A stretch of 64,000 nt of DNA, taken from NCBI GenBank assembly GCA_030390025.1, contig CM059429.1, positions 138,570,001-138,634,000 on the forward strand, given 5' to 3'. The position numbers and the translations under genes were made by a program. This DNA comes from Squalus acanthias (lineage: Eukaryota). Of this stretch, positions 14,601 through 25,034 are shown in pieces. Numbering within the stretch: the stretch's first letter is position 1; each line of letters starts with the position of its first letter. A model generated the notes under the pieces. The model ran no database searches. It saw nothing but the letters and a program-made list of their open reading frames with translations, and was not told where the DNA came from.

Positions 14601-17600
14601 TGGGAAAAGGGCTGAATGAATCAGTAAATGCTGTAAGTATATTGTTTTGATATTTTTCCTACACTGCATGCACCTGCACTGTGCTGAACTGAATGCATTA
14701 TAAAGTATCGTCAGCTCATTTAAATAAATTGTCAGCACTCTTGGACATGATGCACTGGGAACACAAAGGGGGCAGAATATCTAGTGCCAGTGGGGTGGAT
14801 ATTATTTTTACCATTGCCTGGAGGGAGTGCAGCGAGGAAAATTGGGTGGGGAGCATCACATCACTGCCATGGGGCCCGCCCAATTTTCCTTCCAGCATTA
14901 GTTGGTACTAGCCTGGAGTTTGCAAAATCATCCTGTAATATCCATCCTGACTTTTTCTATGTACTCAGAGCCCACAATCTCAAGGGTCAACTTCTCCTGG
15001 AGACTTAAAGATTTAATATTGAGAGGAGCTCCACCAGTTTTGTGCCAGTTCCTTCTCTTATGGGCTCCTTTTTCCTGTAAACAGATACAAATGATAAAAT
15101 GTTGGGAGTCTGAAAAGTGCACATGTTGCCCCCATGCATCCAAACCTATGCACAACTCAATGCATTTCCAGCATGCACATCAATGGTGATGAAACATAAG
15201 AACATAAGAAGTAGGAGCAGGAGTAGGCCATATGGCACCTCGGGCCTGCTCCGCCATTCAATAGGATCATGGCTGATCCGAACCTAGACTCATGTCCACT
15301 TCCCTGCCCGCTCCCCATAACCCTTAATTCCCTTATCAGCTAGGAAGCTACATTAGTGGGCAACATCAGCCGTGTGAAAACGAGTGAAAGAGGCTGAAGA
15401 TTGGCATGTGTCCACATTCCAGATGTAGCTGGTTGAGATAAAAGTCTTTGTTCCAGGTATGCCATACCAATATACTTGATGTAGTTAAATGCAACAACTC
15501 TTTCCTTGGGAAACTTCCTCAAGGTGGATTTTTTTTTCCATCTGGACAACAGACCTAGACCTATACATGGGAAGGTGGCAGTAAATTATTGTGACCTCCT
15601 CCCAGGCAAACCAGACAGCCAAGTTTTGTGCCCCTCTTTTCCAAAAAGAGCAGCCCTTTATTGTTGCACCTCTTCCAGAAAAGCTCTACAAGGCTGAGTC
15701 AAAAAAGTTGGTTGTCTTTTCACTTGGCCCAGGCCTGCTTCCAAATAAAGCAATCTTTGACTTCATTTCAACAAGTTTCAGCGGGCAAAAGTAACCTACT
15801 CCTAATGCCTCAGCACTCCTTGAAATAACATTGGCAGCAGCTTCTTATGAACTATTGCTGTGCTGGGTATACCGTTCCCAGCATTGGCTCGCTCCCTGCA
15901 CAGGGATCAATGAATAATTATGTGGATAAGCAGACCTCGAAATGTTGCAGGTCTATTCCATGTTCCATTGTTGCGAGCTGTGCTCACAGCATCCAGTCTG
16001 GGCTGCAATTAGCTGAGACAGGAAAATCCACCCTTAAGTTACAAGCTTTCCAGGGCGAGGTTGTCCAAGGACCACTGATATTAGCAATATAGGTCAGGCT
16101 TGGGAACATTAATATACTTTTTTTGTAAATTCTCCAAATTGCTGATATTTTGGGACCATTGCTGAAGTAACACTAAAGCCTACTGGTCTTTTATACAGTG
16201 TTTTGTTAATCTGGGGAAATATCAAGGGTGGGGGGCGGTAGGGGCTGGTGATGGGGTAGGGTGCCTATTTCTCTATAACTACCATTTGTTTAGTTCTAAC
16301 TCTTTTGGTCCTTTGTCAGAATATGATAGCATTGTAAAGATTGCTAGCCAACACCAACTGAGGATTATTTTCTGAAATAATAATAAACTATGAAAGTGAT
16401 GATACTAGGATTTTGCATTGGATCCCAGTCTTGTTAACTAATTATTCCAGGAGGTAAAATGATGAATTGCAGTCCTCAAAAAATGTCTGTGTCTTTTTAT
16501 TTGGCTACCCCATCTGCTTCAGATGCGTGACAATATTGTTGTTGGATCCTCGCTTGCCACAATGGTACATGTGATTTGTGTAATTCACATTTAATGGGCT
16601 ATTTTATTTTAAACTGCCGCTGAAGTTTTGCCATTTTTAAATAAATTTTCGCTCTTCTACTCCTGAAGGCATTCGCTGGAGTATGGTTCCATGGTCCCAG
16701 CAGCTGTCACATAAATTGCCCAGATGGCTTTTCTTCAGGTGTTAGTCTATGCAGTGAACATTAGCAGGTTGTTTGACCAGAGGGGGCATCGTGGCAAGCG
16801 GGTACACATACACACACTCACGCACATACTTTTCAGCAGGAGTCACTGGGAAGCATTCAGGAGTACAAACCTTCTTCTATCCCTAGAACAGTAGCACTCA
16901 GGCCAACTGTACTGGCCCAGCTGCTGCCAGATAGAGATCAGGGAATCAGAACTGGAATCTTTTGGTCTGTATGGATTAATAAACACTGGGTGATGCTTTA
17001 CCCAGTAGTCCATCACTGAATGCGTTACAGTAGAGAGTGATTGAGGTGGATTATGTCTCTGGCGCATATTGGGCAGGTGTTGGCCTGCTTAAATACAACA
17101 GGCGGGCTGTCAGCACTAATCACGCTGCCTACAGGGAGCTCACTGTTTGGGAGGGCTGGAAATCCAGCCGAATGGCCTCCTTCTGTGCCGTTATGAATCT
17201 ATGACTTCAACATCCCACAGTCCTTAAAAACGAGGTTCACTTTTCAAAGGTAGTCTGTGTGAACAGTGCGTTACCGAGGCAGCATGACATCGGCCAGGGC
17301 CCCCTGATTCTCCAATACAGCCGTGGAGCTGCAAATGAGGAACAGGAAGGAGGTCTTCTTTACCAGTGATGGCCGCCAGGTGCCCCGGCAAATTAGCCAG
17401 CAACAGTGGAGAGAGCTGGCTGGGCATGTCAATCAATGATTTCAGTGAAATGAACATCAGGCAGGGTCGCTAAAGGGCCTGCGATCCACCCTGTCAGACT
17501 ACTGCCCAGGCAGTGAAGACAGAAATCTACAGTTTAATTGCTTCCCATTGGATGTTTGCTATTGGAGGTGGGTATTTGACATTTCCATGTGGCTTTGCAT

Positions 17601-17992
17601 CATACAACAGGAAGACAGCATTTACGCTAAATCAAGGTCAGGCCAAAAATGTAATGTAAAATAATGTGTTGTGCTTTTTAATGATATAAGTGTGTGTGTT
17701 CTTATTGTTGTTTGTTATTACTATGTTACAGGGTAATGTTTCTTTCAGCAGTGAAACTCTGCATTATGTATCTGTTCATATCAACGATCCTCTGAAGAGG
17801 AAGCAAAAACAGAAATTGAAAAGATTAGAGCAGGACCAGGCAACTGAATACGCTGTTTTAAAGGTCAAAGATAAAAATAACCCATATGGTGAAGAATCGC
17901 TACATTACTCCACTGTCACCATTTGTCCCACATCAAGCAGAACACAAACTGTTAACTACAATGCAGCCACGTATGTTTCACTTAAGCTTTAA
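5646..17992 (+). CDS. Ig-superfamily V(J)-C1-TM-ITIM receptor gene (SIRP-like / non-rearranging antigen-receptor-like), whole gene span
   Basis: Exons 5646-5694, 5790-6125, 6905-7204 and 14001-14108 have GT/AG borders and join in phase 1 without stops. The terminal exon is 17732-17992. With a 32-nt linker exon (17619-17650, uncertain) the CDS is 1083 nt + stop = 361 aa. Confidence 0.88.
5790..6125 (+). CDS. Exon 2, V-set Ig domain with in-exon J-like segment
   Basis: Acceptor TCCCAG|G. Translation PAVGLKVIQSP...ARINC...YYWFR...SLIIREVIVDDSDTYHC...PWKEFTGEGTELNIQ has the B-strand Cys, C-strand Trp, DxxxYxC and a GxGT G strand. Donor G|GTAATT. Confidence 0.92.
6687..6838. mobile_element. Penelope-like terminal-repeat fragment (partially inverted) in intron 2
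   Basis: AGGTCGGGCAGCATCTGTGGAGAGAG ... CTCTCTCCACAGCTGCTGCCCGACCTGCTGAGTATTTCCAGC inverted pair; same family as 8433-8679. Confidence 0.55.
6905..7204 (+). CDS. Exon 3, C1-set Ig constant domain
   Basis: Acceptor TTTAG|CG. AEPEVYL...LTCVAAGFFPRGLNISW...NSDGTFNLSSRLRI..HW.PGTAVTCQIQHVTL shows the C1 signatures CxAxGFxP, NxDGTF and CxxxH. Donor G|GTAAGT. Confidence 0.92.
8433..8679. mobile_element. Palindromic Penelope-like element end with 13-bp TSD and hammerhead-ribozyme core
   Basis: Long inverted arms (~8472-8555 vs ~8594-8677), flanked by TACCAGCTTCATT at 8420-8432 and 8680-8692. The minus strand reads CTGAAGA-AGGGTC-CCA-GACCT-GAAACGTT. Confidence 0.7.
9556..10211 (+). repeat. 168-bp exact direct duplication (9556-9723 = 10044-10211)
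   Basis: Identical sequence at offset 488 (duplicate ORFs at 9600 and 10088). The second copy abuts a SINE head. Confidence 0.9.
10211..10515 (+). mobile_element. tRNA-derived V-SINE (HE1-like)
   Basis: Box A TGGCATAGTGG, box B GGTTCGAATCC, V-domain GTGTGGAGTTTGCACATTCTCCCCGTGTCTGCGTGGGTTTCCTCCGGGTGCTCCGG, and a CR1-like 3' tail ending GATTCTATG. Confidence 0.85.
11090..13349 (+). mobile_element. 5'-truncated CR1 LINE with largely intact RT ORF (11597-13105), in intron 3
   Basis: 502-aa ORF with [35 protein letters not shown] and FADD. 3' UTR and ATTCTATG tail. Same subfamily as 1776-4350. Confidence 0.93.
14001..14108 (+). CDS. Exon 4, transmembrane segment (GIPKYYYYFSLLSLILIVLFCLWIIKSQCSKLKNGK)
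   Basis: Acceptor TTTTGAAG|GT, phase 1 matches the C1 exon. ~21 uncharged hydrophobic residues followed by Lys-rich stop-transfer. Donor G|GTAATC. Confidence 0.8.
15195..15340 (-). mobile_element. CR1 3' tail fragment
   Basis: Starts with (ACATAAGA)2; reverse complement of the tail family seen at 180-450. Confidence 0.7.
17619..17650 (+). CDS. Candidate small cytoplasmic linker exon (AFTLNQGQAKN)
   Basis: The TM exon ends in phase 1 but the terminal exon acceptor at 17731 is phase 0. A 32-nt exon ACAG|CA...AAT|GTAATG reconciles them. Neighbouring AGs (17610, 17614) and a donor near 17637 give alternative solutions, so the boundaries are uncertain. Confidence 0.35.
17732..17992 (+). CDS. Terminal cytoplasmic exon with four tyrosine inhibitory motifs
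   Basis: Polypyrimidine tract + TTACAG|GGT. Encodes LHYVSV, TEYAVL, LHYSTV and ATYVSL. Stop TAA at 17990-17992. Confidence 0.85.
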   Translation, partial: GNVSFSSETLHYVSVHINDPLKRKQKQKLKRLEQDQATEYAVLKVKDKNNPYGEESLHYSTVTICPTSSRTQTVNYNAATYVSLKL

Positions 17993-18274
17993 ACATTTGA
18001 TATATTTATTTAGGTGACCTTAAACTCTGATGTGATCTAACAACAAATGTGATTTTTGTGAAGTACAGCTTTGCAGCTACAAATACATAAACAAATGTAA
18101 TATTAAAGTGGCTCCAATGTCTCAAAATGGACTTTGACAGTCATTGTTCCTTTAAACCGAACTCAAATAAGGTATTGATAGTTGAAATGCTTAGCGTACA
18201 AGGTGATGTTTACCAGATTCATTGAACATTTATATGCTTCATTTACTACCTTTTGCAATTAGTTAAATTCTACT

Positions 18275-18300
18275 AATAAATAGTTTGATGATTTAATAAA
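18275..18300 (+). promoter_or_regulatory. Candidate polyadenylation signals of the receptor gene
   Basis: AATAAA at 18275-18280 and 18295-18300, ~290 nt after the stop, followed by T/GT-rich sequence. Confidence 0.55.
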
Positions 18301-18869
18301 GTTTATTACATTTTCCTCCCTTTTTTGTTTGACTGCATTTTGCGTATTTTTCATATCTTAAGTATAATCAAAAATAACATTGGTGTTTTTTTTTTGTTGA
18401 GCTTTCTGTCAAGGTAATTGATGTCTTAAATCAGACTGTGGGGCGATTTTCACCTCTTGATTATCTCATTTGCGCTCAAAACTGGAGCAATAGCGGGTGG
18501 AAAATAAAATAGCTGTTCATCTCGCCCACTTATGCCTGTTTTTATAGCTGATCAGATTTTCGAGGTCACATCAATCCTGGTGGCCAGACCTCCACATGAC
18601 CTCCACATGAAACAGGCTTATGAATAAATTCAAATTGTGGTCAAGTGGCCATGCCGACCCCAATTTCACAACCGCATTGTCTGACTGCCGCCAATTTCTG
18701 CTCCCACCCACCAACCATGTGCATCCATTTTAAATGCTATTTGAAAGGATCCTCAGCTGCTATCAAGTAAAGTTGTATAGAGCATTTGGAGACAGCTTTA
18801 TTGCTGTCGTTTCTGGATTTTTTTTTTGACCTTGAAGGATTTAAAAGTGTTTGCAGTTGCTAATGTAAG

Positions 18870-19225
18870 CTGTTAATTACAGAAGGACCTAGACAATATT
18901 TGCAAGTGGGTGCAATTTTGGCAGATAAAATTCAATGGAGATAAGTGGAACAAAATTGATTGAATGGTATTGAACTAGCTAGGAAGAGGCTGAAAGTGAC
19001 CTGGGAATCAAAGTCTCAACACTGGCCTTGTCCAGTCATTGCAGAGTAGCAATTACCAAATAGCAATTACCAAAGCAAATAGGATGCTGAGCCATATTGG
19101 TAAATCAGAAAAAGTATAAATCTACACGTAGAGGCTGTCATGCTGAAGCTGTACAGAGCTCTGCTCAATGGCTGCACCTTGAATACTGCATTCAGTTATG
19201 GTCACCAAGGAACAGGGAAACATTT
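18870..19225 (+). mobile_element. Old CR1 RT fragment
   Basis: Degenerate DLD..W...WQIKFN and HLEYCIQLWSP motifs. Confidence 0.55.
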
Positions 19226-19239
19226 AAGTCCCGGGGCAG

Positions 19240-19520
19240 GACAATGCCACTTCTCGTAAGTTTACCACTGCTGGGATTTAAAATGCTGCAGCCAGTTGAA
19301 GGGCACATGCGTTTTTGGAGCGTAAAAAACTGGAGTTGCCACTATGCCAGAGAGAGCAGCAGCCTTGAGGGTGTCAGGAGGGCAGGAAGCTCCATAAGAG
19401 GCTGGCTCAGGCAGTATGGAGGGAGCTAGCAGAGGCAGTCAGTGCGACCTCCACCACCCCAAGAACTGTCATACAATGCAGAAAAAAGTTCAATCACCTC
19501 ATAAGAGTAAGCGGGGTATG
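19240..19520 (+). mobile_element. Harbinger-associated Myb/SANT-like gene remnant
   Basis: Reads ...QAVWRELAEAVSATSTTPRTVIQCRKKFNHLIR, followed by a GT donor; typical Myb/SANT-like domain of PIF/Harbinger ORF2. Confidence 0.6.
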
Positions 19521-19649
19521 TCAAGGCACTGTTGCTAATCCACATCTTGTACCACCAATACTCACCTCCTTACCTATCATACTACTTCTCTATCAGCACT
19601 TGGGTGTCAGGGATGCTAATGTACACAAAGACCAACCTCTGCAAGTACA

Positions 19650-20355
19650 ATATAGACTGGCCATTCAGCTCAACCAATCCATGTTGACACAAGCAGCAGT
19701 CCTAATCCCATGTACCCGATCTGCTCCCATATTTCTTTTTCCCTTTTCCTCAACTACCTATATAACCTATTGTTAAAAGATGACATGATCTCTGCTTCAA
19801 TCATTAACTCCAGTAGTGCATTCCACAGCCTCACAAGCCTCTGTGTAAAAAAGTTTTTCTTGCTCTCTGTCCTAAATCTCTTACATTTAATCTTATAATT
19901 ATGTACTTTGTTCTAGATCCCTCAACTATTGAAAATAATTTATTTTTTATCTACTCTACCTCATCCCTACATAATTTTAAACAACTCTATCAAATCACCC
20001 ATAATTTCCTCGGTCTTAATAAAAGCAACCCCAATCTTTCAAGTTCTTCTGCATATATGTATTTCCTCATACCAGGCAGCATCCAAGTGAATCTGTGCTG
20101 TACCCTCTCTATGGCCTCAACATTCTTCTTTTTGTATGCCCAGAACTGCGCAGAGTACTCCAGCTGTGGTCTTACTAAAATGTTATAAGAGATTCACCAT
20201 TACATTTTACATCCTATACTTCTTGCCATAAAACCCAATATTCCATTAGCTTTTTCATGGCCTTATCCACTTAAGGTTGCTTTTAATATTTTGTGAACCT
20301 GAACTCTCAAATCTCTCTGCTCTTCCACAGCATCCAGCTTTCCCCCATTCAAAGC
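19650..20355 (-). mobile_element. Old CR1 3' fragment
   Basis: The reverse strand resembles the CR1 ORF2 end and 3' UTR (LVRPQLEYSAQFWA-like region at ~20135-20180). Confidence 0.6.
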
Positions 20356-21064
20356 ATAATTAAAAAAAATCAAATTGTACCACCTCGCATTTATGACAAT
20401 CGGCCAGAATTTACTGTAGCAAACGAATGGTGCCGGCCGTTTGTTAGACTTGCTCTTGCTTATTTAATTTCTATGACCTTTTGCACTGGAAGTTGCTGTA
20501 AGTTAGAGAGCCAAACAATGCAGCTGGGCATCTGGGACCTGTGTAAACAGGGAAAGCAACTGTGTGTCTCCTTAACCAATCAAATTGAAGTATTGTTAAT
20601 AAACACTGCAGAGTTTGAACCAGGAAGTGTATGTTAGAATAGTGAATTCAATGTCAATCAGTTATAGAAAGCAAAATAAAGAAAGGGAAATAGAGACTAG
20701 ATTGAGAGAGAGTGAAAGGAGACTGAAAGAAAAAGCAAAAAAAAATTAAATTAAAAAAAATCTCCAACAATTAAAATCTGAAGGAATGAGACTCCACAAT
20801 TGTAAAAGTTAATTTTCAGTGCCAGAGAGGTTGTTTGGCAGTAATTAAGACTTATCACGCTGTACAAGTACAGGAACTTCATGCCATGCAATACATTTGG
20901 ATGGGGAGCCAGACAGGGAGATGCCGTTTTTATACAGTTTAATGGAAGCATCGCATCTCGGATAGCAACTTCTGGATTTTCATGTTTAAACTGTGCATCT
21001 GCGCTCGTCTGAAGTTGGTGTCTGATTTGCACATAAATAACGGTGAGCCTCACCGTTCTTTTAG

Positions 21065-21495
21065 GTGTCAGGCATCTTGCCTCTGAGTCAGAAGGTTGTG
21101 GGTTCAAGTCCCACTCCAGAGACTTGAGCGCAAAAATCTAGGCTGACACTCCAGTGCAATGCTGAGGGAGTGCTGCAGTATCAGAGGTGCTGTCTTTCGG
21201 ATGAGACGTTAAACCGAGACCCCGTCTGCTCTCTCAGGTGGACGTAAAAGATCCCATGGCACTATTTCGAAGAAGAGCAAGGAAGTTATCCCCAGTATTT
21301 ATCCCTCAATCAACATAACAAAAACAAATTATCTGGTCATTATCACATTGCTGTTTGTGGGAGCTTGCTGTGTGCAAATTGGCTGCCGTGTTTCCTACAT
21401 TACAACAGTGACTAAACTCCAAAAGTACTTCATTGGCTTTGGGATGTCCTGAGGTCATGAAAGGCGCTATGTAAATGCAAGTCTTTCCTTCTTGC
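21065..21495 (+). mobile_element. DeuSINE (SacSINE1/AmnSINE-like) copy
   Basis: tRNA-like head GGGTTCAAGTCCCACTCCAG, Deu-domain-like GGATGAGACGTTAAACCGAG, tail AAGGCGCTATGTAAATGCAAGTCTTTC. Confidence 0.7.
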
Positions 21496-21950
21496 AATAA
21501 ATTCTGCCACTTTTTCTTGCCCATTCCACCATCCAATCATTATTCTCCTGCACCTTCCTTTGGTGTTCAGAATTATTTACTGTGCCTCCAATTTTAGTAT
21601 TGTCTGCAAATTTGGACACCGCTCCCTCTAGCCTTATATCCAAGATGTAGACAGTGAACAGAAGCAGTCCCAGAACAAAACCCTGTGGGACACCGCTACA
21701 CATTTCCAAGCATCGAGAAACTGCCCTTAACTCCTACTCTGTTTCCTCTCTTCTAACAAGTTTTCAAACCAAGTTTCTACACTAATTGCATACCCCTTAA
21801 TCGTCTCCAAAAATTTCCTTTGAGATGCCTAGTCAAAGGCTTTCTGAAAGTCCATGTTTACCACATCCCCTGTATTTTTCCCATCCACCATACCCGTTAC
21901 TTCCTCAAAATGGCTCACTCAGGTTTGTCAAAGCTGATCTCGATTTAAAG
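21496..21950 (-). mobile_element. Old CR1 RT fragment
   Basis: ORF 21467-21709 (-): SGVPQGFVLGLLLF...SKFADNTKIGG. Confidence 0.7.
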
Positions 21951-22105
21951 GGACAATGCATCTCCACCTCTCATCATTATGGGATGCATGCACTCTTATG
22001 GGGGAAGTGTCTGTGACGCTCCTACATCTTTAACCTTATGGTCTCTCCTTCCAAAGGAAAAACACATCAATAACCATCGCCGTAGAAATGCAATTAGGAG
22101 AGGAG

Positions 22106-23373
22106 TGTAGGCTTCGCAAAATCCCCCAGAAACTTGAACAGAACCCTAAGTGAAGTGATTTGAGGTAAAAACCTCAGTTTTGGACATTTTAAAAGATCAG
22201 GGAAGAAAAAACCTGAGGAAAATGACTTTTTGAATCTTACTGTTGGGAAAGACACCTTTCACAGACACCGACAGGCTGCGGAGGGGCGTGGCCAGGCAGT
22301 GGACAGCTTTGGGTATTGGGGCCCAATCAAGCTGTCTGGGAATGTGTTTACACTGCCTTCCTACCAAGGAGGAAGAGACAAACCCAAAGCCTCACACACA
22401 TCGAAATATGAATAATCCAAGACCTCTTTTGAAATTCCCAGGCCCAAACAGGATACCAGAAGCCTGAAATCAATAAAACATTTAGTACCCCGATTTACTT
22501 CATCAAAAACCAATCAACCAGGTATCCACAGGACAGATTTAAAAGCCCGCCAAAAAACCTAGGACAATAGGGACAAGATTTGGCACGTAGATAAAGGCCT
22601 TGCCTAAATCGGAAGCTATCAGGACATGTTTAACACCAAGTTAAAGCCATCGAAACTAACAAGCCTGCCAAAACTAAGACAATGGAATAAACAGGGCTCA
22701 TTTGAAATCTAAAGGAAACTGTTTTAGTAAGGAGTTTTGGGCGCGAAAAGGACAAAGGGGCTGAACAAGTATAATTGGGGGCCTATACCCCCAAGACTCT
22801 CTCTCTCTGGACTTGCTGACAACGCTCTCAATGCTCGCACAGCTCTCTCTCTCTCAGCTCTGCTCCAGCAAAGACACCACAAGCCATGAGGAGGAGGAGG
22901 AAAGAAGGCCAACAACTTCACAAACAGACCAACACACAAGAAGAAACCAGAGCGACTGCCTCAGTGACCATCGGACACCTCGCGGCCTTACGAAACCTTT
23001 TACTCAAAAGAATCTAAACCCTAACTCTCAACTGTCAAGGATTCGTTTGGTGAGCATTATCCCTGATCTCCTGAAACCAAAACCTAGCTAGATAGTGGGA
23101 TTTTTGGGAGGGATAAGGTTTTTTTGTATATTGTCATTCTCCCTTGCCTGTACCGTGTGTTCCCCAACCTGTGTTTAAGTATTAAGTGTGTTTTAAGTTT
23201 GTTACCTTTTTCTTTTAATAAAGTCAAAATTCTTTCATCAGAACCTGTTGTCTACTGCATCTTTGTTCACAACCCCTAAATAAGTCCAAAGTCTAGGAAC
23301 CAGGGGCGTGGGAGCGATTCGAACCGCTCACCTGAGTCAGAGGTGAAGGCTGACCCCACTACCACCCCCTACA
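22106..23373 (+). mobile_element. Solo LTR (1268 bp) with 5-bp TSD
   Basis: Termini TGTAGG...CCTACA (perfect 6-bp inverted repeat). AGGAG on both sides (22101-22105, 23374-23378). Internal TATA-like GTATAA ~22769 and AATAAA ~23217. Confidence 0.75.
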
Positions 23374-24287
23374 AGGAGCACCAACACTAAAATACCCGAG
23401 TCTGGGTGAAGAGGAGGTGTTAGACATTATACGTACTATGCTGCATGTTACACAACATGGCAATACAGAGAGCAGTTGGAGGAAACAGAGCAACAGGAAG
23501 AGTCATCATCTGATGAGGAATAATTGGGTGATGGTGAGGGCAAAGCAAAAGAAAGTAGGCGAGCACAATACATTGCAACTGGAGAGCCCAGGGATCAGTT
23601 TTTAGAACAGTGACCTGCACATTCCCCTCCCCTGAAAAGTTACACAAAGCCCCTCTGCATTAATAGTCCTTGTCACACCCTTCACCGCACCTTTAATCCT
23701 GCATTAATGAATATTGAAACTATTTAGCTAACTTTTAAATGAATGACATAATGACATGCTGACAATGCTGAATCATGTGATTAACTTAATGCCAAACATA
23801 ATAATTGCCTTCAATTCATCTCTGACCCAAATGTCAACCCATACTGCTTTTCTTAAAAGAAGATTTACTAACTCTACTACTCCTACGAGGCGCTCCCTCA
23901 GTGGCTTCAGCAAAGCTGGTGGAAGGTTGCTGTTGCTCATGTTGGAACCCTTGAGATGCTTGTGGCTTTGAGGGCTTGGCTGCAGACTGCACCTCTTTAG
24001 CTGCTGCTGCGGCAGTCTGGTCCAGTTGGCTTTCATGGTACCATGATGCGTATTTGTTGAGGGAGTGTTGTGGGAGCAGATGTGATGACATCCTGGGAGA
24101 GGGCAACTCGTGCCACTAACATTGCACCACTGACACTCTTATGGGGCTGTGGCTCATCAATCCCACTAATCAATGGGAGAGCAGACTCCAGAAAATGAAT
24201 GACACCACCGTCTCTCCAAGATGGAGATCAGAGTCTGAATGGCAGCCATTTGAACTTCCACCAAATCTACAAAGACAAGTGACATAT

Positions 24288-25034
24288 GGGGGCGATTTTC
24301 CCAGCCCTGGGGAGGCGGGTATGGAGGCGGGACTGCCGGGAAAATGGCAGAATCTGGGAGCGGGTACCCATCCTGCCCCCAACCCACCTTTGTGCCATCA
24401 TTAGGTAGTTAACAGGCAGTTTTTTGGCTAATCCCTATTTTGAGCCCTAACGTGTGGGCTCCCGACGGCTCCGAACCTCGCCAGGGTCAGCGAGGTGAGC
24501 CGTGGGTCGGCGGGGGCCGAAATGTGTGCAGGTGAGTGATGGGTGCAAGTGTGGAGAGGTAAGTGTGTGAGGTGAGTCTAAAGTGTTTTAATAAGATTAC
24601 TTACCTTTGCTTCTTCCTCCAGGCCTCATCCCTTTAGGCTGCGGAGCTGCCTCATCTCATCGGCAGAGAAAACAGAATGGCCGCTGCATTCTTAAATGCA
24701 GCACACTTCTACTTTCTGCTCAGGAAAGCTTTCTAAGTGAGCCTGTGTCCAAGGTCTCAACTTAGAAGACAGATTGTTAGTGTTTGACAGCTTCACAGAG
24801 CTGTCAAACGATGACAATTCATCTGTCAAAAAATCTTGACAGATGAAACGTCATTCGCTGACGTCATCTGTCACCAGCTTTGCCTTAATTGGCCGGCTAA
24901 GCCCGCTCAGCGGGCTTAACAAGGCCAATCAAGGGAAAATAGCGTGGGTTGGCCAGACGTCGATGGAGGCGGGACTAAAACCTGACAAGCAACTTTCCCA
25001 CCTCCCTCACGTCCCCTTTGATAAAATCACCCCC
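24288..25034. mobile_element. Non-autonomous Harbinger-like MITE
   Basis: TIRs GGGGGCGATTTT / AAAATCACCCCC; GC-rich subterminal sequence; interrupts the Myb-like remnant. Confidence 0.65.

Noticed and set aside
16320-16333. Micro-exon encoding EYDSI between TM and tail
   Set aside because: Phase-compatible but only 14 nt with a weak donor; no independent support.
22012-22105. Alternative LTR start at TGTGACG (22012)
   Set aside because: No TSD or terminal inverted repeat, unlike 22106.
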